Shown: piece after piece, positions 35,822-48,353 of the stretch | Position numbering within the stretch: position 1 is the first letter of the stretch | Layout: each line of letters opens with the position of its first letter | Assembly: GCF_964204645.1 (NCBI RefSeq) | Contig: NC_134034.1 | Location: 11,916,962 to 11,980,961, forward strand | From: Tubulanus polymorphus | Lineage: Eukaryota > Animalia > Nemertea | Direction: 5' to 3' | DNA: 64,000 nt | Made by a program: the position numbers and the translations under genes | Notes under the pieces: model-generated | The model's input: only the letters and a program-made list of their open reading frames with translations | The model's database searches: none | What the model was told of the DNA's origin: nothing

Positions 35822-38273
35822 ATGTCTATAATAACAGTTACTGGTTCATTAGTTGTACTGTGTTCAGCTTTAGCCTGGTCTTATCCTTTACACGCGTCCT
35901 GTAAGATTGATTGGTAAGTTACCAGCAATAATGCCAATAAATAATAACAACCTACTATTTCACTTGTTTGTTTATAAATGTACATGTTCTTTTACACAGG
36001 GTCCTGACACTTAACGTTTTTGACCCCAGTATCTTACTAGGTAGGCCTACCTTATAAAAAAAGTTTTAGGATAATACTGGGGGCAAAATCTCTCAGAACT
36101 TGAACTCATACAGTGCCAGAGTGGAGTCCTATATAACTGGGCACTCCGATATCAGCAGTTTGGTCTAATTGCAGTTTGAGTCACCTTCCAACGAATAGTG
36201 CTAAGGTTAGGTACCGGTACATAACCATTAGGGACACCAAGTGCAGTCGCTCCCAGGAGTCATGACTGTGAGCCCTATGATCACTCAGGGGGCCTGTGAC
36301 TGGAGCCCTGTGATCACTTAGATATCCTATGACTGGGGCCCTTTTTGATCAGGAGTCATATGACAGCGCCATGACACTCGGGTCCTATGACTGAGGCCCT
36401 GTGATCACTCGGGTCCTATGACTGAGGCCCTGTGATCACTCGGGTCCTATGACTGAGGCCCTGTGATCACTCGGGTCCTATTACTAGAGTCCTGTGATCA
36501 CTCAAGATCCTGTGACCGGAGCCCCTGTGATCACTCAGGGGTCCTGTTATCACAATCTTATATATATATATATATCAGTATATTCATTCATGTACTAATT
36601 TCAGGACATTTGGTGAAGATTGTAAAATAATTCGTGATAAAATACTAAATCAGATATCTGTATGGAAAACTGATGATAATTGTAAAAATGGTGGAGAAAA
36701 ATGTCTTTATACGGTAACAATTATTAAACCTTATATAAAACATTGAAAAAACACGAGCGTATTCAAGGGTTTCCTTCAGTAAATATGATTTTCGACTGTA
36801 TCCTAAATTGGTCACCTGGACCCAGTTCCACTGTTGTGAATTAAGATTTGACTTAACTTCGAGTTAACTCATTGAAAATGAACTAGTTTTAACTGAGTGT
36901 TAATTCTAACTCATGACTGCGGAACTGGATCCGGTATTCCTGAAGATGACTGTTGCGCTAATTGAAATGTCGAAATAACAAGTTAACTTACCCGTGTCGA
37001 AATAAACGTAAAACCCAACTATTGTTGTGTGCTGATTTAATGTGGGGGGGTATTATTTTTCAGTTACTCTCGGCGACCGCGAACACGATTGAAGCTCAAC
37101 ACACGACTCCCGTAAAACATTACAACGACACGTTAAACTTTACATTCAATTCAGGAACTTTATGCCGAGTTAAGGTACGTGCTAATGAAGTCTTGCCCGT
37201 TTTTTTAGTCAGAATTTGTTTCAATTTACCGTGTGTCAGTCAGTGTAAGTCATCTCTATTTATGAGTCCCAATTTGTATTTCCAATTCAATTTACTATTT
37301 ACTGAGTGTTAGTCGCGGAAGTGGATCTTGGAAAATTTGAAGAAAAACAGAAATTTCTTGGATAAAGCATCCAAGACAAAGACCTCGATTGGGGTTCCGG
37401 CCTCAGTTTTAGACATTTTTGAAGAATTACATCCAAAAAAATTCAATTTCCCAGAGGATGAGGGTCAGATTTACAGGTCTTAATGATCTCTTGTCTTGTC
37501 AAAAAGGGCGGCTAACTCAATGAGAAGGCGGGGGTCCGCGCAACGAGACCACCCCCTAAATCTGCCCCTGAGTTATCAACATGATGATCGCCCTAACTAC
37601 AGTGATTTAATGTAGTTTTTCTAGATCTTCGCTTAATGTTCTGTTACTTCAAGGGACTATAAGTTTATAAAATTTTCTTAATAATTTGTTGTTTTTTAGG
37701 CTAGATCATCCTCTGACACGTGGTACGCTATCTTAGACTACGGAACTAATTACTGCAACTTACACAATCTTATAACAGGTACGAATCATATCAATATCAA
37801 TCATATATATCATATCAATCATATCATCATCGAATTTACTGTAGTCCACCTACTTACCTATTTATTTTACCCTTTCAGTGCTGACTTATTAATACCCAAA
37901 AGTACTGGAGATAATTTGGAAATTTAAATAAGATTCCATCCCTTTGTGTTGAATAATGGGCTTTTTATTGGATCTACACTGTGGTGCAGTGTATTGTTAG
38001 TTACTAATATTTAACTTTGACAGCTTCTGCCATCTTTTGATAGGAGATGAAAACTAATTACTACTAACAACATTACACCGCGGTGCGGTGTACTCACATA
38101 GTCCATGACTTGATTTATACATCGCACTGCAGTGAAGACTCACTGATAGAGTTTGAATTTCTACAAACGATTTATTTTCAGGAGCTGGTTTAGATAAAGA
38201 CACCAAATACTCGGAAAAAACAAGCGATTCGATTTGCACTCAATTCTCCTCAGCCGACTGTGATAAATATTAG
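35822..38273 (+). CDS. Uncharacterised secreted cysteine-rich protein (160 aa, 5 exons)
   Basis: Exons 35822-35913, 36605-36713, 37064-37174, 37700-37778, 38182-38273; all GT-AG, in frame (483 nt). Protein: MSIITVTGSLVVLCSALAWSYPLHASCKIDWTFGEDCKIIRDKILNQISVWKTDDNCKNGGEKCLYTLLSATANTIEAQHTTPVKHYNDTLNFTFNSGTLCRVKARSSSDTWYAILDYGTNYCNLHNLITGAGLDKDTKYSEKTSDSICTQFSSADCDKY. Signal peptide plus 8 mature Cys. Confidence 0.85.
36260..36546. repeat. 31-bp minisatellite
   Basis: Unit TGTGATCACTCGGGTCCTATGACTGAGGCCC. Confidence 0.85.
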
Positions 38274-38377
38274 TAAAAACTTTATACAGCTGTAAGGAAC
38301 CAATATTCATAAAGTACGTACCATTCACCGGGCATCAATACCGAACATTTGACTCTGTATCGACTAGTGTGAGTTTT

Positions 38378-38570
38378 GTTCCGTGGCTGAGTGTAGCGAT
38401 GTCTTCGGGTTCAAATCCCCGCCGGGATCGGGGATGAGTCAAACTGGGCCCCGGTTTAGTCACATCAATCGTCCACGCTTAGTGCGAGCGTACTCATACA
38501 TCCATACAGGTCGTGTCCACAAGGGGAGTCTTAGAAAGTGGCCATATTTCCATACGCCTCAAATTGCGTA
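38378..38570 (+). mobile_element. Possible tRNA-derived SINE
   Basis: A-box-like TGGCTGAGTG (38384) and B-box GGTTCAAATCC (38408) at the head of a GC-rich patch. Confidence 0.4.
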
Positions 38571-39936
38571 GATTATGACATCATTGCTAAAATCTACGCA
38601 ATTTTGTGAACGCGTCGTACTTTATGTAAATGGCTCTTGTAATTTGTAAATAGTTGAGACTGTTTGTCGACAATCTTTTCGATGTAATTTTCTATGCATG
38701 ACAATTTTTGTACCAGAAAAAAAAACGTCGCCGATCAATTTGTAGAAAATGAGGTGATTTGTATTTGTAAAGTTTTCATCGACATTTGTAAAACGCATCG
38801 ACTTTCCATTGACAAATAATAAATGATTTTGTTTAACTTTAATTAAAAAGTTGTCTTTGAAGTTTTCAATGTGTGTATATAAAAATAGTACAGGACAGTG
38901 TTATAGACGGCGCCACAGGTTCCATATCAACTACACGTACTCAATGGTACGGTCAATGTAAAGACAAATAGTACTTTGAACTTAGGTTAACTCCTCGATT
39001 TTATCGCAAGTACGAGCTTTCGTGTATATAGAAGTTAACCTAATGAAGCTACTCTATACATTTAGTAGCGAAAGCTCAGGATTTTCTTATAAGTTAACAT
39101 TCAAATAACAAGTTGTCCTCAAGTTTGCTAATTCTAGACAGCACCTCCACCATCGTCTATTTTACAGCAGTTTAACTCTTCAGAGTCAAATCTGTGACTC
39201 ACAGCGGTGTAACTGGTTCTAGTATCCCCTTTACTCCAATGTCCCCAATAGCGATGGATCTATCTTCTGCTGCTGTCCGTCCATCCGTCTGTCGGAACAA
39301 TTGAGAGACTCCAAAAATTTTAATTAAGTCTACACCTGCTTTTTTTAATGTACAAATAGTTTATTATTGATTTTAATAATAACTACATGTATATACGTAT
39401 TTATATCATATTTACAATAACACAATACTTACAATACAATATAATACATGTATCGATGTAATGAGATGCGTAGGGGGCGGGGTCTAAATCATGGGCGCAA
39501 TAGACTAGAATTCATTTTCAAATTCAATACTTCGATACAAGGAAGTAAAACTTTAAGCGACTTTGTTTTCTTAGATGAAATAAATTGCCAATGGGCAAAG
39601 TCTGGTTTACCTTGAAAAATGGAGCCTGTTTGGCATGGGCATTGCTTATGGAAAATCTTTTTAATTCGTGAATTCAAAGTTCTACTATTTCATATTATCT
39701 TTCTGAAAGAATTATTTTGTAGTCAAATAAAAGCCAAAAAGATACATTTGTTCACGGTCCACGTCCAAAATTTAAACTTGAAATGAAAAAACAAAAATTA
39801 TGATGGTTGTTACCTCGATGTAAGCATTACCATAACAAATTTCTATAGCTTTTCCACAGGGGCTGGAAAAAAATTCCGATTTTCCAAAAACTTTCCAAAA
39901 CACGTAAGAACCCCATCTTTCGAATCAGGTTATTAA

Positions 39937-40217
39937 CCCTTTCAGTGCTGACTAATTAATACCCTATAGTGCTAGAGAAAATTTGAAAATTCTAAAAAAT
40001 TCCACCCTAGTGTTTTGAACAATGGGAATACCACTATAGTGCGTCTACACCGCAGTGCGGTGTATCGTTAGTTACTAGTATTTAACTATGTTTGACACTT
40101 TCTGCCATTTTTCAATAGAGATAATTACAAATTACATCAATACACCGCATTGCGGTGTACTAGCAAAATCCATCACTGATTTATACACCGCACTGCGGTG
40201 TAGACGCACTGAAAGGG
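39937..40217. mobile_element. piggyBac-like MITE (281 bp), best-preserved copy; others at about 9050-9318, 34620-34907, 37870-38152, 42087-42370, 46268-46730 (partial plus full), 50117-50397
   Basis: TTAA target duplication, TIR CCCTTTCAGTGC, repeated internal palindromes TACACCGCAGTGCGGTGTA. Confidence 0.85.
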
Positions 40218-41322
40218 TTAACAGTACACAATTAATTCAAATTTTTCTTACCATTGTAGACTGCACCACATAAAGCATGTTTCGAAAATTGTGCCTCAGC
40301 ACTATTTAGGGAGCGCCAATGCATACCATTATCCGGTATCGTACCTTGGGTACTTTTTTTTTTAAAATCAGTTATCACTCTGCAGTATCAAATTCAAAGT
40401 CTAAAATGCAAATTAGATACTTTGTCAAAAAAGCGGGCGCGTAAGTTTCAATAAACCGGTCGGTATTTTCTCTATACAACGTTCACATAAAAACAATTCA
40501 TTCAATAATTAAACATTTAAACTATGATTTATTCATATTCACAACAATACTTTCAGTTTTTATATATATATATATATTCACACTTTGAAATGTAACTGGG
40601 ATGCTAAACGGACTTAGCTATTCTTAAAGCTCGGGCTTTGGTTTTATAGACCGAGACAGTTTCACTGTTGTGCGAGTCAAAATTAGTTCATCTTCGTTGT
40701 GTCTAAACCACAACCGTTGAACGGGCTGCCGAGGCCTGTTTATAACAACGAACGATCTTCGAGCCCTTGAAAATTTTTTTACAATCGAGTTTTTCTCTTC
40801 GAAGCCTCAAAGCGTTAGAAACCAAGTCATTTGCACCATATAGCCTAGTACGGACAGTTCACAGTACACTCTGTCTCTTACTCCTTATAAACCTGACAGC
40901 GTTGGCACCAAAATATACCGATTAAAAAAACTTTTCTAATATTTCACCAAGTCGACTGATTTGACAGGTTGAATGACCGGGTCGACAGTTTGACAAAATG
41001 AGATTTTCGTCAGCCATTTATCTCTAGCGAATAATCATAAGTGACTGATATTACCAGTAATACCTCGTAATATGAGTAATACATATCTATATCTACTATA
41101 CAGATTTTGGCCGCTAAATGCATCAAACGTATCATCGGCGACAAATATCTCGGTGAATTTTTTAAAACAGAAAAATATGGCGATCCAAACTCAAACGCCG
41201 GCAAAAATACCGGGCAAAGAATCATGGATTTTTTACATGTTATATAAGATTAGTGAAAACTTCAAGATCAAATAAATTATGGCTTAAAGCGGGGTTACAT
41301 CTAGTCTAGTCAGTAACAGGAC

Positions 41323-41570
41323 TCAGGGGCGGATCTAGGGTCTGATTCAGGGTGCACCCCCAAAATAGGGCATACCGGTTGCATATAATTAAAAGGGTAC
41401 CCGAAAGAAAGCTCATCAGAAACTTATTTTTGAAATTACAGAGAATGAAAGCTTTTGAATTATAACCTTTTATCAGTTTAATATTTTCAATTTTCCTGTG
41501 AAACTTCAGGGCAACTTGGCATTTTCCCCATCAACACCTACCCTGCGCTCTCCCCTTGCATCCGACCCTG
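41323..41570. mobile_element. MITE with CAGGGGCGGATC-type termini (hAT-like)
   Basis: CAGGGGCGGATCTAGGG ... CCCTTGCATCCGACCCTG. Confidence 0.55.
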
Positions 41571-43064
41571 GGACTACAGTACACAAGTGAGTAACCGGAC
41601 TACTGCGCTTTAGTCAGTAAGTCATGGAATTAACTGGTTCAGCCAGCCACCGCACCAAACTATCCGATGATTATCCGAAGTTTGACATCGATAATTAGGT
41701 TACAAGTCGCAAGTTAAACAACAGCAGGTGACATGAAAACAATACGATATCAAGATTCGAGCAGTTTGGCGAATTGCGATAACAACCCGATAAATTACGT
41801 AAAAAAGTGGAGAATGGCGACTACCAAGAATGAACATGAATAAACAAATAAATAAATAAATCACGATCCACCGAAGTCGATTAGTCAGTTTCCTCTTTAC
41901 GAGATAGTAATTCGTTAATTTCCGATTCACGATAATTAATTAACCCAAGAATCGAATTCTCAAATTAAAATTACGATTAGCAATCAAAACGACGAACAAT
42001 ATTTCGCGGTGACTTCAATAATGATCGTCATGTGAAAATCGGGACATGGATCGCGAAATAAAATAGGCTAAAAAAAGCCTTTTTAACCCTTTCAGTACTG
42101 TCTAATTAATACCTGAAAATACTGGGGATATTTTGAACATGTAAAAACGTCCACCCTAGTGTGTTGAATAACGAGCATACCGCTATAGAGTGTCTTTACA
42201 CCGCAGTGCGGTGTGCCGCAAAATTTCACTATATTTGACGACAGCTGCCGCCATCTTTCAAACTATATACTAATAACATCAACAGAACACACCACGATGC
42301 CATACGTATACTGGCAAAGTTCCTGCATGATGTATACACCGCACTGTGGTGTAGAATTGCATTGAATGGATTAAGATCGGTCGACTGATGACGAAGTGTG
42401 GACTTCAGTAAGTCATAGACAAAGTTTCGAACTAATGAAGTTTTCCCACCTTCCGTCGAACTCCTACCCATTAGTCAAAACTATAAATAATATATCAATA
42501 ATCAATTAAATCTTAGTCGAAAAATCAAAATAAGTAAAAATAAAACGTGTCTCCGACTCCAAAAACTCGCAAAATGTCTTTACTCGCGACGCCGCGGCGC
42601 GACTATCGGCAACTCTGTTGATCGTGGAACAATACGCCGTTATTATTGCTTCTCTGAATGGTAACGCAACGCGGTGATTCTTAAAAATGAAGAGAAAAAA
42701 AAAAAACGAGAAAGTTTTTCAATTCAGTCGCAATATCGAAGGAGAAACGGCGCACTTTTCTCTCGTGTCGGGATCAAAATTCATGACGAAATGTTCTGAG
42801 CGCTGAACCCGGTTTCAAGGTGAACCCGGTTTCACTGGGGCCAGTCAAATCTTTTAAAAGGATTTGAGTCGGTTTTCGTAAAAACAATCTAAAAACCGAC
42901 CCCTTTCAAAATATTCACTTCGTGTGGTTGATTACTAGATTAAAGCGAACGTCATTTAAAAAAAAGAAAGAAATTCAAAACCTTTTTCTCGTCCGGACCC
43001 GACGACGGGCCGAGAAGCGAAATTCCCGATACGTCGATAGATTCGACGGCAACGCGGTTGGTGT

Positions 43065-46000
43065 CTATGAACTGTACGGCGGTGGAGGTCCATCAGGTGG
43101 CTCCACCTGTGTATACGGCGGCGGCGGGCTATACTCCGTACTGGTTTTCTTGTGCGAATATTTTGCATAGGCCGGCGGCAAATTGACGTGGCTTCCTTGA
43201 AACATAGATCCCTGAAACGCGAAGAGAAAAACGTAAATAAGTCGACCTCGGGAAATGACGATTATCGCGGTGGCCGCTGACCTGGAAATAAGGTCAAAAG
43301 TCATGTAGTAGTCAAGGAATTTTGTAATAAAGGGAAAAGTCATGGAAAATTTGTTGAGATTGCTAGATCATGCGTACAACTAAACAGTTTCTGTGTATGT
43401 GTTACGTATTTGACTGTGTTAATTGATCGGATTCTTAGCAGATCAAGTCAGGGAAAACAACGTGTGTGTCAGGGATAAGTCGGGGGAAAAGCAAGTCGAT
43501 CAAAAGTGGCCATCCTGTGAAAATTACATTATCATTTCTGATATTCATTTTCTGATCGAATACGATACGTTTTATAGAGTAGAATAGTACGACGCTATAC
43601 GGACGAAGGAATTTTCTGATTTCAAATGAGACCCGTTCTAAAAACAGGTTTTTTTGTATATACGTGTACGAACGATGATAACAAACGGCCGAAAAGTGGA
43701 GCGTCACAATTTCACAATCGAGACACTTTTCTAACGAGGGTCTAATGAGCTTAGTGTAGACATAGCTAAATAGTTTTCTATTCAATCGTCGTTGGCCTTT
43801 TTTTCCATGGCCATTTTTTTCCTAGGCAAATACCTTGGCAGTGTCTGATTGCCGGGACAAGTTTATTATCATAAGGGCATTATATCATTATCACTTGTCC
43901 TCCGGGCTAGTGCAATTTTATGTCTCAAAGCTTTTTGCCAATCGATACAACAGTTGGACTGCTTGTGTAGGGCAAGTAGATTTTGGAGGGGGCAAGTAAA
44001 ATTTCAGATATGCTTGCCCCCGGGCATGTGGTCCTTATTCCTTAGATCGGACCCTGCTTGGCCATTCTTTCCTTGCCCATTTTTTTCATTCACCAGCTAA
44101 GCAATGATAGGACATAAACCCCAGCATCATGAACCCAGACCATAAGGGTTTATTTTACGCCCCACTTCTGTCAAATTGAACCAAAGGACGGGTTAATTCG
44201 CCCCTCACATCTCCATCAGTGTTTTCAATAAGAAATTACCAAGCCAGGTCCCTTTGAAAAACAGGAGGGTCCCATAATATGTCACAGTCCCTGAAACGAA
44301 AGCTGTTTTCAAAAAATAGGCGGGTCCTGTTCAAACGACAGACAGGTCTGGGACCTGGCTCTTATTGAAAACACTGTCCATATAGATTACCTGCATGGGT
44401 AAACGAATGTCATCGTCATGGTCGTCGTGTTGTAATCGAGAATACGGTTGATTACCGCCCTGGATTACGATCGCCGCCCCGTAATACGTTAAACGATACT
44501 TCCAGAAACTCGCGCACGCCGACAGCAATATCAGAAAAAATACTAAACCGAACCTAAAGACAAAAAAAATACAATTCATAAATCATCAATATTATTATCA
44601 AAATTCGCTGCACCTGGCTGCCAACCTCTGAAAAGTGCATCAATAATGATGTGAATTTTTCTCAACATTTCATTGAAACATGAAAGAAAATGTTCAAATT
44701 AATCAGTTATCAACATTCAGACCCGACAGTAACACCTTTCAAGTAATCAAGGGGGGTAAGACCCTCAGTAACATCTTTCATATTTCTGTTCAAATTAATC
44801 AGTAATCAACCGTAAGACCCTCAGTAACATCTTTCATATTTCTGTTCAAATTAATCAGTAATCAACAGTAAGACCCTCAGTAACATCTTTCATATTTCTG
44901 TTCAAATTAATCAGTTATCAACAGTAAGACCCTCAGTAACATCTTTCATATTTCTGTTCAAATTAATCAGTTATCAACAGTAAGACCCTCAGTAACATCT
45001 TTCATATTTCTGTTCAAATTAATCAGTTATCAACAGTAAGACCCTCAGTAACATCTTTCATATTTCTGTTCAAATTAATCAGTAATCAACAGTAAGACCC
45101 TCAGTAACATCTTTCATATTTCTGTTCAAATCAATCAGTAATCAACACTAAGACCCTCAGTAACATCTTTCATATTTCTGTTCAAATTAATCAGTTATCA
45201 ACAGTAAGACCCTCAGTAACATCTTTCATATTTCTGTTCAAATTAATCAGTAATCAACCGTAAGACCCTCAGTAACATCTCTCATATTTCTGTTCAAATT
45301 AATCAGTAATCAACAGTAAGACCCTCGGTAACATCTTTCATATTTCTGTTCAAATTAATCAGTAATCAACAGTAAGACCCTCGGTAACATCTTTCATATT
45401 TCTGTTCAAATTAATCAGTAATCAACAGTAAGACCCTCAGTAAAATCTTTCATATTTCTGTTCAAATTAATCAGTAATCAACAGTAAGACCCTCGGTAAC
45501 ATCTTTCATATTTCTGTTCAAATTAATCAGTAATCAACAGTAAGTCCCTCAGTAACATCTTTCATATTTCTGTTCAAATTAATCAGTAATCAACAGTAAG
45601 ACCCTCGGTAACATCTTTCATATTTCTGTTCAAATTAATCAGTAATCAACAGTAAGACCCTCAGTAACATCTTTCATATTTCTGTTCAAATTAATCAGTA
45701 ATCAGCAGTATGCATCCTTGACATAACTAAACTCTGTTTCTAATTCAGCAACCACAGATCAGGGTAAGAAAAAAATCCTGAATCTGGTACCGAATAAGAT
45801 TAATGTACAACTTCCGAATTATCGAAGCCTAGTTCTCAAATTAGGGGGGGGGGGGGGGGTTAGAGGAGTTTCTGATATTTTGCTCAAACCTAAGGAGTAT
45901 CAAGCACCTTCAAAAGCATTTAGAAGGAGTTTTTTAAAGAATCAAGGAGCCGTAGCCAACCAATCCCTGTCGAAATTACATACCAGAAATACCAGTTTTG

Positions 46001-47884
46001 CCACACCATGTACGACGTGCAACATTTATTATCACCGCAGCAATATTCCTCTTCTCCGCATCTACAACAAATAGATCGATAAAAATATTCTATTCGCGAG
46101 AAGCAAGATTTGATTCAAAGTTGATTTTCATTTAGACGCGATACACGTGTGTGATATATTTATAAGCTTACCGTCCGCTGTCGCAGTAATATCCATATAC
46201 CTAGAAATAAACGATATACTGAGACAGGTTGACTGAATCTAATAATAATAAATTATGATAATATTAACCCTTTCAGTGTGTCTACACTGCAGTGCGGTGT
46301 ATAAATCGGTGATGGATTTTGCTAGTACACCGCACTGCGGTGTTTAGATGTAATTAGTAACTACTTTTATCTCTATCGAAAGATGGCAGCACCTGTCAAA
46401 CATAGTGAAACATCAGTAACTAACGATTCACTGCACCACGGTGTGGACGCACGCATCAATGTTTAACCCTTTCAGTGCGGTGTATAAATCAGTGATGGAT
46501 TTTGCTAGTACACCGCACTGCGGTGTATTGATTTAATTAGTAATCAGTAATTATCTCTCTTGAAAGATGGCAGCACCTGTCAAACATAGTGAAATATTAG
46601 TAACTAATGATACACCGCGCTGCAGTGTAGACGCACTATAATGATATTCCCGTTATTCAGCACACTAGGGTGGAATTTTCCCAAATTTTCTCAAGCGCTA
46701 TAGGGTATTAATTAGTCAGCACGGAAAGGGTTAATAGGTTTTTATAGGGCGCTATTCGACTTTGCATTCATCGCGCTATCTACATGAGAAATCAGCGGTT
46801 TCTTGTTTGTGGTTTCGGCGATGCGCTGAGAGAGGATTTCATAGATTTCATCTGTATTAATGATGATTTCCCAAATAACGATATAGACCAGGGGCCAGTT
46901 ACACAGTCGTGACTTAAGTTCAAAAGTGGTCTTAAATCTTAAGAATGGTCTTAAGTTGTTAGATTAGCTATAGAACTAAGTTGGTCTTAGACTGGTCTTA
47001 AGTCTAAGCCATGACTATGCAACCGGCCCCTGGACCGAACATAGGCCTAACATAAATTTTCATCTTATATCAATTTTACAAATATACTAGGCCTATATTC
47101 GCTATCAATATTTACAAAAAGGAATTTCGAGGGACACTGATTCTTTTTTTGTTCGAAATCGTGAGCTCAGTTACCTGTTTGTGGTTTCGTTTAACGATCG
47201 GATATTTTCAGTTGGTAAAAAAACCATCCGAATATAAAATCACTAATCGGTTAGGTTAAGTAAGGTAGGCCTAACTAAATTGCCACTTAGTGCAACACAG
47301 TAGTTTCATCCGGGAAATGAGTACATGATGTCAATGAAGAAACGGTAATTAGCCCAATTCCACGGGAGAATGAGAGAATATAGAATGAGCTACGTAATCA
47401 CAAATTAATACGCATGATATGGGTCATTTGCAAATAGACAATGAAGTGAAAAAAAAATCAGGTGGCCAATTTTGATGAACAAAGGGCAATGCTGGCCCGA
47501 CGCACCACTGCCACAAATCTAATGTTCTATTTCTCAAATTACCCCTCGCCAGCAATGCATGCATTTAAAAAGTCGAGAACAAAATCAAGACACTGGTTAA
47601 ATCGACCAGGCCTTTGTGATTACTGAAGGGTAACTACTTTAGTAGAGATCAGCTGATCGTGATGACTGACTGACGATCAACAAATTGTCAATTTTGAACG
47701 ACCGATTACTCGAGAATTTCCGCTCCCAAAATAACATTTCTTCGATTAAAATAAAGACGAGTATCCAATGATTGGATTTACTTACCGAATTGGCGCCTAG
47801 GACGACTGTCATCGAGTAGAACAGTAAATATTTCGAGGCGAATCGGCCCAGAGTCACGGACACTGGTGCAGCAAACTCCGCCAT
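43065..47884 (-). CDS. VOPP1/WBP1-family (Shisa-like) single-pass membrane protein, 171 aa, 5 exons
   Basis: Exons 47884-47786, 46200-46172, 46061-45984, 44553-44391, 43211-43065 (516 nt). Signal-like N-terminus, Cys motif [25 protein letters not shown] then a TM helix, and a tail with PPAY and two PPPY motifs. Confidence 0.85.
44756..45710. repeat. 56-bp tandem repeat x~17, highly homogeneous
   Basis: Unit GTAAGACCCTCAGTAACATCTTTCATATTTCTGTTCAAATTAATCAGTAATCAACA. Confidence 0.95.
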
Positions 47885-48353
47885 TTTGTTGATGTTGTTC
47901 AATTCAATTGGAGTTTATTGATTCATTTCTAAAATGTACATTCTAGATATTAATGCAGCTGATCATTGTTTTAAGAACTTCAAAGGTTAAAGTTTGATTT
48001 GTTTCTCTTCGAATTCTATTTTCACCTGATCGATCTAAAGCACTCGTTAAATTTGTTTCATTTATTTCAGAAATAATTTCACCGTCAAGTGCTGCCTCTA
48101 TACATATAGTTGACGGTGAATTCGTGAACTAACTCGACATGGAAACATTCCTACTGTGGCATGCGAGGGAAGAGTTAGCTCGCGCGTTCGCCGTTAACCA
48201 TTTATCTAGAGGCAGCACTAGACGGTTGTCTAAGTATCAAGGTTGCGTGGAGAAATGTCAAAACTGGTTAACTCTTTTTCAGATTTTTAATAGAATTTTG
48301 TAAAATTCGCTGCGCATTTTGCGGTGAATTGTGTCTCAATTTGTGAGTGTGAA
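47885..48353. promoter_or_regulatory. Bidirectional promoter region between the two VOPP1-family genes, with a central inverted repeat (48081-48226)
   Basis: Divergent ATGs only 469 bp apart; ACCGTCAAGTGCTGCCTCTA ... TAGAGGCAGCACTAGACGGT. Confidence 0.65.

Noticed and set aside
42383-42430. CTGATGA followed by a short hairpin as another hammerhead
   Set aside because: No GAAA after stem II and no stem I pairing
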